Below are positions 13,870-26,113 of a DNA stretch of 64,000 nucleotides, piece after piece. The DNA comes from Mobula hypostoma (lineage: Eukaryota). Position 1 is the first letter of the stretch; each line of letters begins with the position of its first letter. The notes below the pieces were generated by a model that was given only the letters and a program-made list of their open reading frames with translations, did no database searches and was not told the DNA's origin. The stretch spans positions 61,070,001 to 61,134,000 of the forward strand of contig NC_086098.1 in NCBI RefSeq assembly GCF_963921235.1. The letters are read 5' to 3'. The translations under genes were made by a program, and so were the position numbers.

Positions 13870-14155
13870 CTATTAGCATCTTGACTTCTGTTTCTGTCTA
13901 TGTGGAGGTTGCATGTTCCCTGTGTGGTTTTCCCTCAAGTTCTCGAGTTTCCCCACATGCCAGTTGTAGATTAATTGGCCACTGTAAATTGCCTCCGGTG
14001 TAGGTAGGTAGCAGGGAAATTGGTGAAGTGGTGATGGGGTTACAAGAGGTAAAATGGGATTAGTGTCGGCTTGGTGTAGGTGAGTTATTGAGTGGTTGAA
14101 GTGAATCTGTTGGGCTGAAGAGCTTGTTTCCATTTCCTTTGACCCTATGACTATT
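13870..14155 (+). mobile_element. tRNA-derived SINE (V-SINE/HE1-like) with CR1-type tail
   Basis: Core 'tgtctatgtggaggttgcatgttccc...ttaattggccactgtaaattgcc' and tail 'gggctgaagagcttgtttcc...ctatgactat'. Confidence 0.7.
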
Positions 14156-14444
14156 ACTGAGATACTGACAGTTCAGTAATAGTCCTTTGATTGAAATGTT
14201 TCTTCTCATTCACTTCCGTAATACAGACATCCCTGTCACAATCAGCATTTATTGTCGTCCTAAATTACCCTCCAGGCCACTTCACAGAGCAGCAGAATAG
14301 TGGGTCACCAGTTCCAGCAAAAAAAGAACATGTAAGGATAACGAAGTTTTCTTCCCTGAAGGACCTTATTAATTACCCAGCTTCATGGTCATTTTCATGT
14401 TTGCATTTCAATGGCTCAAGTCTCCAGTACCTTCACCACAATTC

Positions 14445-15230
14445 AATGATTCAAAGTGCATTTATTATCAATGAATGTATAAATTATACAACCTTGAGAT
14501 TTGCTTGCTTAACAGGCAGTCACAAAGCAAGGAACATGAAAGAACCCAATTAATAAAAAAAAGACCAACCCCCAGTGCGCAAAGAGAATGAGAAAAAAAA
14601 ACAAATCATGCATCAATTGGAGCGAGCAACAACAGCAGCATTCCGAACCAAATTGGGTCCTTAGATTCAAATCTCTGGAGAAGCCCAGAGTAGGCCCAAA
14701 TGCTTGGTATTCAGTTCATCATATTAGTGGGGAAAATCGCTGCAAAGTTCACAAACATGAAACACAGCAGTTGGGAGCAGTCTCACAGCCTTAGCATCAT
14801 GGAGAGAAGAGCCCCAAGACTTTTTGGTCAGCGTTTAAATTGTCCAAACCTCATACTAGGAACTAGACCCCGCTGTGGCAAATTGCTCTGGGCTTAGATT
14901 TCGCTGCAGGAGAAGCCGTTCTCAAGCTCTCCAAATTGGCTCAGCACTTCAAGCAATCCAAACCTCACCTGACTCTCGACAATCTGCCTTTCCAGTCTAT
15001 CTGGGCAGGCTTTTCGATTGTCTAAACAGCTCATTGTACCTCACGTTAGGACCCGGGCATCGCCACACAAATCACTCCAGGCCTAGAACTTGCCACCCAG
15101 CAAGTCGCGTCGGCCCTGGATTTCACTCCCAGTGAAGCTGCTCTCAACCTCACCGAATCGGCTCACCGCTTAGAACGATCTACCCTCGCACCCACATAAG
15201 TTGGGCGGGCATCAGAACTCCACCATCCCG
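14445..15230 (-). repeat. Probable non-autonomous retroelement or long LINE 3' UTR
   Basis: Begins with 'ttcaaagtgcatttattatc' (reverse complement of an AATAAA...tttgaa LINE-type tail) and has a CpG-richer body; family not identified. Confidence 0.35.
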
Positions 15231-16832
15231 TCCCATAAAAAGAGCTATTATTAATCAGGGCAGCGATAGAAATTTTAAAGGCAGTGTTTTGCTGCAGTTT
15301 CTCTGTGTTGATTAGCGACCAATCAGCAAAAGGAACTCATTAGAAAGGGCCAATATGAATAATTCAAGTACAAACTGAGAGGCCATTCTTTTGGAGTGCA
15401 TCAGTCTTTAGAGTGGCTTTGGCTCATCAGGCTTGGGTGAGATAGATTGACGTCTCTCTCCCTCTCTCCCTCCCCCTTTAGTGCATAGTAGAGTGAGAAT
15501 GGCTCCAGGAGCAGTGTTTTGTCCTGTGTGTGGGATGTGGGGTATTTGGGAGACATCCAGTCTCCCAGATAAAACACCTGCACCAGGTGCACCGAGTTGC
15601 AGCTCCTGAGAGAACATATTAACGAACTGGAGCCAAAGCTCAATGACCTTCAACTCATACGGGAGAATGAGAACTGATTGACAGGAGCTATAGGGAGGTA
15701 GTTACCCCCAAGGTGCAGGAGACAGATAACTGGGTGACTGTCAGGAGAAGGAGGGGAAATTCACAACCAGTGCAGAATACAGCTTGACTGTTCCCTCAAT
15801 AACATGTATATAACTTTAGATACTATTAAGTGGGATGATCTACCAGGGAGGAGCCACAGTGACCAGGTCTCTGGCACTGAGTCTGGTGTTGTGGCTCAGA
15901 AGAACAGAGAGATGAAGAGGAATGCAGTGTTGATAGAAGATTCCTTAGTCAGAGGAACAGAGACAAGTTTCTATGGGTGTGATAGAGATCTCCTGATGGT
16001 ATGTTCAGGGAGCCAGAATCAGAGATCTTTTAGATCATGTCCATGGCATTTTTTCAAGGGTGAGGATGAGCAGCCATAAGCCTGGTATATATTGGCACCA
16101 ATGACATAGATAGACCAGGTGAGGAGGTCCTGAAGAGAGATTTTAGGGAGCTTGATAGAAAGCTGAGTAACACGACCTCCAGAGTAGTAATCTCTGGATT
16201 ACTGCCTGTGCCCCGTGCAAGTGAGGATAAGAATAGAATGATCTGGCAGGTGAATGCATGACTGAGGAACTGGAGGAGGGGGCACGCGTTAAGATTTATG
16301 GATCATTGGGATCTTTTCTGGGGAAGGTATGACCTATACAAAAGGGATGGGTTACCCAGGGGACCAATATTCTTTTGGGCAGGTTGGTGAGAGTTGTTCA
16401 GGTGGGTTTAAACTAATTTGGCAGGGGATAGGAACTGGAATGACAGTGCTGAAGATGAGGTACTTCGTTTACAAACAGAGGCAATATGTAGTGAGACTCA
16501 TAGCAAGGAGAGGCTGATGTTAGGCCAAAATTGCAGTCAATAGGATGAGTTGCAACATAAAAGGCAGGCAAAATCAGAAAGAGTGAATACAGGACTAAAA
16601 GTGTTATATTTGAATGTGTGCAATATACAGAATAAGGTGGATAAACTTATAGCACAGTTACAGATTGGTATGTATGATGTTGTAGGAGCACTAAATCGTG
16701 GATGAAAGAAGATTATAGATGGGAGCTTAATGTCCAAGATTACACATTGTATTGAAAGAATAGGCAGTGGTGTTGGTGTGGTTCTGTTGGTAAAAACTAA
16801 AATAAAATTAAATCATTAGAAAGAGGTGACAA

Positions 16833-19800
16833 AAGAGGGACCAATATCCTTGCAGGGACGTTTGTTAGTGCTATTGGGGAGGGTTTAAACTAGATTTGCA
16901 GGGGGATGGGAAACAGGGTGCCAGAGCTGACAGTGGAGCGGGGGTGAAAATAAATGATGTTAAAAGTTCACGCAAAGTCACAAATAGAAGGGTTGTGTGT
17001 GGTGGTAATAATCTTCTGAGCTGCGTCTATTTCAATGCAAGGAGTATTGTGGGGAAGGCTGACAAACTGAAGGTGTGGATTGACACATGGAATTATGACA
17101 TTATAGCCATTAGTGAAACTTGGCTGCAGGAGGGGCAGGACTGGCAGCTTAATGTTCCAGGGTTCTGATATTTCAGACGTGACAGAGGCAGAGGAATGAA
17201 GGGTGGGGGGGTGGCATTGCTAGTCAGGGAAAATTTTAGAGCAGTGCTCAGGCAGGACAGGTTAGAGGGTTTGTCTACCGAGGCCATATGGTGGAGCTGA
17301 GAAACAGGAAAGGTTTGGCCACATTAATGGGGTCGTATTATAGACCACCCAATAGTCAGCGAGAATTGGAGGAGCAAATCTGCAGAGAGATAGCAGACAA
17401 CTGCAGGAAACATAAAGTTGTGATAGTAGGGGATTTTAATTTTTCACATATTGATTGGGACTCCCATACTGTTAAAGGACTAGATGGGTTAGAGTTTGTA
17501 AGATGTGTTCAGGAAAGTTTTCTAAATCAATATATAGAGGTACCAACTAGAGAGGATGCAATATTAGGTCTCCTATTAGGAAACGAGTTAGGACAGGTGA
17601 TGGAAGTGCATGTAGGGGAATACTTTGGTTCCTGTGATCATAACACCATTAGTTTCAACCTGATCATGGATAAAGATAGATCTGGTCCTCGGTCTGAGGT
17701 TCTAAACTGGAAAAAGGCCAAATTTAAAGAAATGAGAAAGGATCTAAAAAGCGTGGATTGGGACAGGTTGTACTCTGGCAAGGATGTGATTGGTAAGCGG
17801 GAGGCCTTCAAAGGAGAAATTTTGAAAGTGCAGAGTTTGTATGTTCCTCTTAGGATTAAAGGCAATGTGAATAAGACTAAGAAAACTTGGTTCTCAAGAG
17901 ATATTGGAACTCCTGATAAAGAAGAAAAGAGAAATGTATGACATGTATAGGAAACAGGGAGCAAATAAGGTGCTTGAGGAGTATAAAAAGTGCAAAAAAA
18001 TACTCAAAAAAGAAATCAGGAGGGCTAAAAGAAGACATGAGGTTACTTTGGCAGTCAAGGTGAAGGATAATCCAAAGAGCTTCTACAGGTACTGTATATT
18101 AAGAGCAAAAGGATAGTAAGGGATAAAATTAGTCCTCTCGAAGATCAGAGTGGTCAGCTATGTATGGAACCAAAAGAAATAGGGGAGATCTTAAATGGGT
18201 TTTTGCGTCTGTACTTACTAAGGAAACTGGCAAGAAGTCAATGGAAATAAGGCAAACAAGTAGTGAGGTCATGGAACCTATACAGATTGAAGAGGAGGAG
18301 GTGCTTGTAATCTCGAGGCAAATCAGAGTAGATAAATCCCCAGGACCTGACAAGGTATTCCCTCGGACCTTGAAGGAGACTAGTGTTCAAATTGCAGGGG
18401 CCCTGGCAGATATATTTAAAACGTCGGTATCTACAGATGAGGTGACAGAGTATTGAAAGATAGCTCATGTTGTTCCGTTGTTTAAAAAAGGCTCTAAAAG
18501 TAATCCAGGAAATTATAGGCCGGTAAGTTTGACATCGGTATAGGTAAATTATTGAAAGGAGTACTGAGAGATACTACAAGTATTTGGATAGACAGGGACT
18601 TATTACTTTATACTTTATACTTTATTGTCACCAAACAATTGATACTAGAGCGTACAATCATCACAACGATATTTGATTCTGCTCTTTGTGCTCCCTGGAG
18701 TACAAATCAATAGCAAATATTAAAAATTTAAATTATAAATCATAAATAGAAAATAGAAAAGGAAAAGTAAGGTAGTGCAAAAAAAGCGAGAGTCAGGTCC
18801 GGATATTTGGAGGGTATGGCCCAGACCCAGGTTAGGGAGAGTCAACATGGCTTTGTGCATGGTAGGTCATGTTTAACCAATCTATTAGAGTTTTTCGAGG
18901 AGGTTACCAGGAAACTGGATGAAGGTAAGGCAGTGGATATTGTCTACATGGACTTCAGTAAGGCCTTTGACAAGGTCCTGCATGGGAGGTTAGTTAGGAA
19001 GATTCAGTCGCTAGGTATACATGGAGAGGTAGTAAATTGGATTACACATTGGCTCAATGGAAGAAGCCAGAGAGTGGTAGTGGAGGATTGCTTCTCTGAG
19101 TGGAGGCCTGTGACTAGTGGTGTGCCACAGGGATCAGTGCTGGGTCTATAGTTATTTGTCATCTATATCAATGATCTGGATGATAATGTGGTAAATTGGA
19201 TCAGCAAATTTGCTGATGATACAAAGATTGGAGATGTAGTGAACAGTGAGGAAGGTTTTCAAAGCTTGCGGAGGGATTTGGACCAGCTGGAAAAATGGGC
19301 TGAGAAATGGCAGATGGAGCAAGTGTGAGGTATTGCACTTTGGAAGGACAAACCAAGGTAGAACGTACAAGGTAAATGGTAGAGCACTGAGGAGTGCAGT
19401 AGAACAGAGGGATCTGGGAATACAGATACAAAATTCCCTAAAAGTGGCGTCACAGGTTGATAAGCTTGTAAAGAGAGCTTTTGGTACATTGGCCTTTATA
19501 AATCAAAGTATTGAGTATAAGAGTTGAAATGTTATGGTGAGGTTGTATAAGGCATTGGTGAGGCCGAATTTGGAGTATTGTGTACAGTTTTGATCACCAA
19601 ATTACAGGAAGGATATTAATAAGGTTGAAAGAGTGCAGAGAAGGTTTACAAGGATGTTGCTGGGACTTGAGAAACTCAGTTACAGAGGAAGGTTGAATAG
19701 GTTAGGACTTTATTCCTTGGAGCGTAGAAGAATGAGGGGAGATTTGATAGAGGTATATAAAATTATGATGAGTATAGATAGAGTGAATGCAAGCAGGCTT

Positions 19801-20119
19801 TTTCCACTGAGGCTAGGGGAGAAAAAAGCAGAGGACATGGTTAAGGGTGAAGGAGGAAAAGTTTAAAGGGAACATTAGGGGGGGCTTTTTCACACAGAGG
19901 GTGATGGGAGTGTGGAATGAGCTGCCAGATGAAGTGGTAAATGCTGGCTTACTTTTAACATTTAAGAAAAACTTGGACAGGTACGTGGATGAGAGGTTTA
20001 TGGAAGGATATGGTCCAGGTGCAGGTCAGTGGGACTAGGCAGAAAAATGGTTCGGCACAGCCAAGCAGGGCCAAAAGGCCTGTTTCTGTGCTGTAATGTT
20101 CTATAGTTCTATGGTTCTA
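16833..20119 (+). mobile_element. Younger CR1 LINE (end of ORF1 plus frameshifted ORF2)
   Basis: APE endonuclease (YFNARSI, YRPPN, GDFN, CDHN), RT (SQHGF, YMDFSKAFDKV, GVPQGSVLG, FADD), tail ttctatag/ttctatgg. Confidence 0.92.
18605..18830 (-). mobile_element. Short LINE 3'-end fragment (Rex1-like tail) inserted in CR1
   Basis: (tacttta)n tail; the host CR1 reads through as gggacttatta|gggagagtcaacatgg. Confidence 0.6.
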
Positions 20120-20238
20120 AAGGATCGGAAGGTGTTGAATCATTATGGATAGAGAGAAGGCACTGCAAGTGTAAAAAGATCCTGATGGGCATTATATACA
20201 AACCCTCAAACAATAGAAAGATGTGGTCTACAAGTTAC

Positions 20239-23200
20239 CATAAGACCTTAAGACCATAAAATAGGAGCAGAATTAGGACCATTTGAGTCTGCTCTGCCAT
20301 TTCACCATGGCTGATCTAATTTTCCTCTCAGCCCCAATCTCATGCCTTCTCCCCCTGTATCCTTCAAGCATTAACCAATCAAGAATCTATTAATTTCTGC
20401 CTTAAGTATACATAAAGACTTGATCTCCACACTGCCTGTGGCAAAGAATTCCACAGATTCACCACACTCTGGCTAAAGAAATCCCTCCTCGTATCCATTC
20501 TTAAGGACACCCCTCTATTCTGAGGCTGTGTCTTCTGATCGTAGACTCTCCCACCTTTGAAAACAATCCTCTCCACATTCACTCTATCTAGGCCTTTTCA
20601 CCATTCGATAGGTTTCAATGAGCTCACCCCTCATTCTTCTAAATTCTAGTGAACACAGGCCCAGAACCATTTGACGCTCTTCATATGACAAGCCATTCAA
20701 TCCTGGAATCATTTTCGTGAACCTCCTTTGAACCCTCTCCAGTTTCAGGACACTCTTTCTAAGATAAGGCACTCAGATCTACTCACAATACTCCAACTGA
20801 GGTCACATCAGTGTTTTATAAAGTTTCAACATTACATCCATACTTATATATTCTAGCGCTTCTGAAATGAATGCTAACATTGCATTTGCCTTCCTCACCA
20901 CAGACTCGACCTGCAAACTAACCTTCCAGAAATCCTGCAAAGAATTCCCAAGTCCCTTTGCATCTCCATTTTTAGTATTTTCTCTCCATTTAGAAAATAT
21001 TCAACCCTTCAATTTCTTCTACCAAAGTGCATGACCATACACTTCCCGACACTGTACTCCATCTGCCATTTCTTTGCCCATTTTCCTGATTTGTCTAAGT
21101 CCTTCTGTAGCCTCTCTACTTCCTCAGAACTACCTGCCCCTCCACCTATCTTCATATTGTCTGCAAAAATTGCAACAAAGCCAAAAATTCCATCTCTCAA
21201 ATCATTGACATGTAGCGTAAGAAGAATAGGCCCCAAAACAGATCCTCCTGGAACACCACTAGTCACTGGCAGTCAGCAAGAAAAGGCTCCCTTCTCTCCC
21301 ACTCTTTGCCTCCTGCCAGTTAGCAACTGCTTTATCCATACTGGAATCTTTCCTGTAATACTACGGATTCGTAGCTTGTTAAGCAGCCTCATATATGGCA
21401 CCTTATCAAAGCCCATCTGAAAATCCAAGTACACAACATCAGTCAATGCTCCATTGTCTACCTTGCTTGTTATTTCTTCAAAGGATTCCAACAGATTTGT
21501 CAGACAAGATTTTCCATTAAGGAAACAATGCCTCCAAGAACCCCGAGCCTCATTCCTCTTGAATTTCAGGGTGAATTCAATCATATTATGATCACTTTTT
21601 CCTAAAGGCTCTTTTACCTTAAACTCTCTAATCAGTTCTGTTTCATTGCACAACACCCAATCCAGATTAGCTGATCCTCTCGTGGGCTCAACCATGAACA
21701 GCTCTAAAAAGCCATCTCGTAAACACTCTAGAAATTCCCCCTCCTGTAATCCAGCACCAAACTGATTTTCCCAATCTACCTGCATATTGAAGTCCCCATG
21801 ACTAGAGTAACATTGCCCTTTTGGCATACATTTTCTATCTCCCACTGTAATTTGTAGGCCACATCCTTTTTGGGGGTCAGTATGTCTGGTTCTTTCTTCT
21901 CTGGCACTTCCTTAGCTCTATCCATAATGATTCAACACCTCCAATCCGAGGTGAGCTCTTTCTAATGATACAATATCATTTTTTTTCCAATGGAACAACA
22001 CCACCCCCTCTGACTTCCTGCCTGTTTGACAAACTTATTGGCGTTCTTTGAGGATATAATGAGCGCAGTGGATAGGGGGAACAGATGGACATTATTCACT
22101 GCATTTCCAGAAGGCTTTCAATAAGGTACAGCATAAAAGACATATCTATAAGATAAGGATGCGTAGAGTTGGGGGTGATGTATTAGCACGGATAGAGGAT
22201 TGGTTAACTAATAGAAAGCAGAGAGTTGGGATACATGGCTGTTACTCTGGTTGGCAATCAGAAGTGAAAGGTGTGCCACAGGGGTTGGTACTGGGCCCGC
22301 AACTGTCCATGATTTATATAAATGATCTGGAAGAGGGGACTGGGTGTAGTGTATCTAAGTTTGCTGATGACACTAAATTGAGTAAAAAAGCAAATTGTGC
22401 AGAAGATACAGAGAGTCTGCAGAGAGATATAGATAAGTTAAGTGTGTGGGCAAGGGTCTGGCAGATAAGAGTTCAATGTTGGTAAATGTGAAGTCATCCA
22501 CTTTGGAAGGAAAAGTAGAAGAGCAGATTTATTATTTAAATGGTGAAAATTTACAGCATGCTGCTGTGCAGAGGGACTTGGGAGTGCTTGTGCATGAATC
22601 ACAAAAGGTTGCTTTGCAGGTGCAGCAGGCTATCAAGAAGGCAAATGGAATGTTATCCTTCATTGCTAGAGGGATTGAATTTAAGAGCAAAGAGGTCATG
22701 TTACAACTGTATAAGGTACTGGTGAGGTCACACCTGGAGTTCTGGACTCCATACTTGAGGAAGGATATACTGGCTTTGGAGGCAGTGCAGAGGAGGTTCA
22801 CCAGGTTGATTTCAGAGATGAGGGAGTCAGACTATGAGGAGAGATTGAGTCGCCTGGGACGGTACTGACTGGAATTCAGTAGAATGAGAGGAGATCTTAC
22901 AGAAATGTATAAAATTATGAAAGGGATAGATAAGATAGAGGTAGGAAAGTTGTTTCCACTGGTAGGTGAGACTAGAACTAGGGGACTTAGCCTCAAGATT
23001 GAGGGGCATAGATTTAGGATGGAGATGATGAGGAACTACTTTTCCCAGAGAGTGGTGAATCTTTGGAATTCTCTGCCCAATGAAGCAGTAGAGGCTACTA
23101 CACTAAGACAAGAATGGATAGATTTTTGCATAGTAGGGGAATAAAAGGTTATGGGGAAAAGGCGGGTAAGTGGAGACGAGTCCATGGCCAGATCAGCCAT

Positions 23201-23575
23201 GATCTCATTAAATGGTCGATCTTATTGAATGGGCGGACCAGATGGCCTACTCCTACTTCTGTTTATTATGTTCTTATGTGTATCCTTAGACATTAAGCTC
23301 CCAGCTATAATCTTTGAGCCATGATTCAATGATACCTACAACATCATACTGCCAATGTGCAACTGTACTGCTACCTTATTCATCTACCTTATTCCGTATA
23401 CTGTGTGCATTCAGATACAAGACCGTCAGTCCTGTATTCGCCCTTTTCAATTCTGTCGCACCATGGTCAACCTTTTGATTCCTAACTTTGTCTGAGGACT
23501 TACCAACATCTGCCTCCACAAACTCTCCACTAACTGTTCTGGTACTCTGGTTCCCATCCCCCTGCAACTCTAGTT
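20239..23575 (-). mobile_element. CR1 LINE, internally deleted, inserted antisense in the host CR1 and itself interrupted at 22027-23277
   Basis: cataagac tail at 20239; RT 20300-21530; endonuclease 21560-22026 and 23280-23430 (LYLNAHSIRNKVDE). Confidence 0.85.
22027..23277 (+). mobile_element. CR1 LINE 3' fragment (RT to tail)
   Basis: GVPQGLVLGP, SKFADDTKL, RNYFSQRVVNLWNSLP; tail ttatgttcttatg. Confidence 0.9.
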
Positions 23576-24212
23576 TCAATGGAAGATAGAAAATGCATGT
23601 CAAAAGAGCAATGCTACAATTGTCATGGGGGTTTTCAATACGCAGGTAGATTGGGAAAATCAGGTTGATGCTGGATTCCAAGAGGGGGAATTTATAGAGT
23701 GCCTACGAGATGGTTCACCGTGAAATTTGAGGAGAAGCTAACATCAGATGTATCAGTATTACATTGGAGTAAAGGAAATTACAGAGACATGAGAGAAGAG
23801 TTTGCCAGAATTGATTGGAAATGAACACTGGCAGGGATGATGGTAAAGCAGCGATGGCTGGAATTTCTGGAAGCAATTTAGAAGGCACAGGATATATATA
23901 TCCCAAAGAGGAAGAAATATTCTAAACGCAAGATGACACAACCAGGGCTGACAAGAGAAGTCAAAGCCAACATAAAACCCTAGAGAGGGCATATAATCAA
24001 GCAAAAATCACCAGGAAGTTAGAGGATTGAGAAGCTTTTAAATGCCAACAGAAGGCAACTAAATTGTCAATAAGAAGGTAAAGATGGAATATGAAAGTAA
24101 GCAAGCCAATAATATTAAAGAGGACACCAAAAGTTTCTTCAGATACATAAAGTGTAAAAAAGAGGCGAGAATGGATATCGGATCACTGGAAAAATGATGC
24201 TGGAGAGATAGT

Positions 24213-26113
24213 TTCAGCTTGTTCCTGCCCCACCGAACTCGTTTCTGCATACCTCGACACGGTTTTATCACCCCTTGTTCAATCCCTTCCGACCTATGTT
24301 CGTGACACTTCTCACGCTCTTAAACTTTTCGATGATTTTAAGTTCCCTGGCCCCCACCGCTTTATTTTCACCATGGATGTCCAGTCCTTATATACTTCCA
24401 TCCCCCATCAGGAAGGTCTCAAAGCTCTACGCTTTTTTTTGGATTCCAGACCTAATCAGTTCCCCTCTACCACCACTCTGCTCTGTCTAGCGGAATTAGT
24501 CCTTACTCTTAATAATTTCTCCTCTGGCTCCTCCCACTTCCTCCAAATTAAAGGTGTAGCTATGGGCACCCGTATGGGTCCTAGCTATGCCTGCCTTTTT
24601 GTTGGCTTTGTGGAACAATCTATGTTCCGTGCCTATTCTGGTATCTGTCCCCCACTTTTCCTTCGCTACATCGATGACTGCATTGGCGCTGCTTCCTGCA
24701 CGCATGCAGAAGTCGTTGACTTTATTAACTTTGCCTCCAACTTTCACCCTGCCCTCAAGTTTACCTGGTCCATTTCTGACACCTCCCTCCCCTTTCTAGA
24801 TCTTTCTGTCTCTGTCTCTGGAGACAGCTTATCCACTGATGTCTACTATAAGCCTACTGACTCTCACAGCTATCTGGACTATTCCTCTTCTCACCCTGTC
24901 TCTTGCAAAAATGCCATCCACTTCTCGCAATTCCTCCATCTCCGCCGCATCTGCTCTCAGGATGAGGCTTTTCATTCTAGGACGAGGGAGATTTCAAAGA
25001 AAGGGGCTTCCCTTCCTCCACTATCAACTCTGCTCTTAAACGCATCTCCCCCATTTCACGTACATCTGCTCTCACTCCATCCTCCCGCCACCCCACTAGG
25101 AATAGGGTTCCCTGGTCCTCACCTACCACCCCACCAGCCTCCGGGTCCAACATATTATTCTCCGTAACTTCCGCCACCTCCAACGGGATCCCACCACTAA
25201 GCACATCTTTCCCTCCCCACCTCTCTCTGCATTCCGCAGGGATCGCTCCCTACACAACTCCCTTGTCCATTCGTCCCCCCCATCCCTCCCCACTGATCTC
25301 CCTCCTGGCACTTATCCGTGTAAGCGGAACAAGTGCTACACATGCCCTTACACTTCCTCCCTTACCACCATTCAGGGCCCCAAACAGTCCTTCCAGGTGA
25401 GGCAACACTTCACCTGTGAGTCGACTGGGGTGATATACTGCGTCCGGTGCTCCCGATGTGGCCTTTTATATATTGGCGAGACCTGACGCAGACTGGGAGA
25501 CCGCTTTGCTGAACATCTACGCTCTGTCCGCCAGAGAAAGCAGGATCTCCCAGTGGCCACACATTTTAATTCCACATCCCATTCCCATTCTGACATGTCT
25601 ATCCACGGCCTCCTCTACTGTGAAGATGAAGCCACACTCAGGTTGGAGGAACAACACCTTATATTCCGTCTGGGTAGCCTCCAACCTGATGGCATGAACA
25701 TCGACTTCTCTAACTTCCGCTAATGCCCCACCTCCCCCTCGGACCCCATCTGTTACTCATTTTTATGCACACATTCTTTCTCTTACTCTCCTTTTTCTCC
25801 CTCTGTCCATCTGAATATACCCCTTGCCCACCCTCTGGGTTCCCCCCCCCTTGTCTTTCTTCCTGGACCTCCTGTCCTATGATCCTCTCGTATCCCCTTT
25901 TGCCTATCACCTGTCCAGCTCTCGGCTCTATCCCTCCCCCTCCTGTCTTCTCCTATCATTTTGGATCTCCCCCTCCCCCTCCAACTTTCAAATCCCTTAC
26001 TCACTCTTCCTTCAGTTAGTCCTGACGAAGGGTCTCGGCCTGAAACGTCAACGGCACCTCTTCCTACAGATGCTGCTTGGCCTGTTGCGTTCACCAGCAA
26101 CTTTGATGTGTGT
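24213..26113 (+). mobile_element. Penelope-like element (Neptune-type) with RT and GIY-YIG endonuclease, frameshifted
   Basis: MDVQSLYTSIP, QIKGVAMGTRMGPSYA, FLRYIDD, LPFLD, YKPTDSHSYL; VIYCVRCSRCGLLYIGE; 15-bp TSD tgctggagagatagt (24198-24212 / 26114-26128). Confidence 0.95.
26017..26054 (+). ncRNA. Minimal hammerhead ribozyme
   Basis: tagtc CTGACGA agggtctcggcct GAAA cGTC aacgg; core intact, GUC triplet, stem I weakened. Confidence 0.75.

Noticed and set aside
21273-21845. 190-aa ORF apparently fusing endonuclease and RT motifs
   Set aside because: Product of an internal deletion in a dead CR1 that happens to be in frame.
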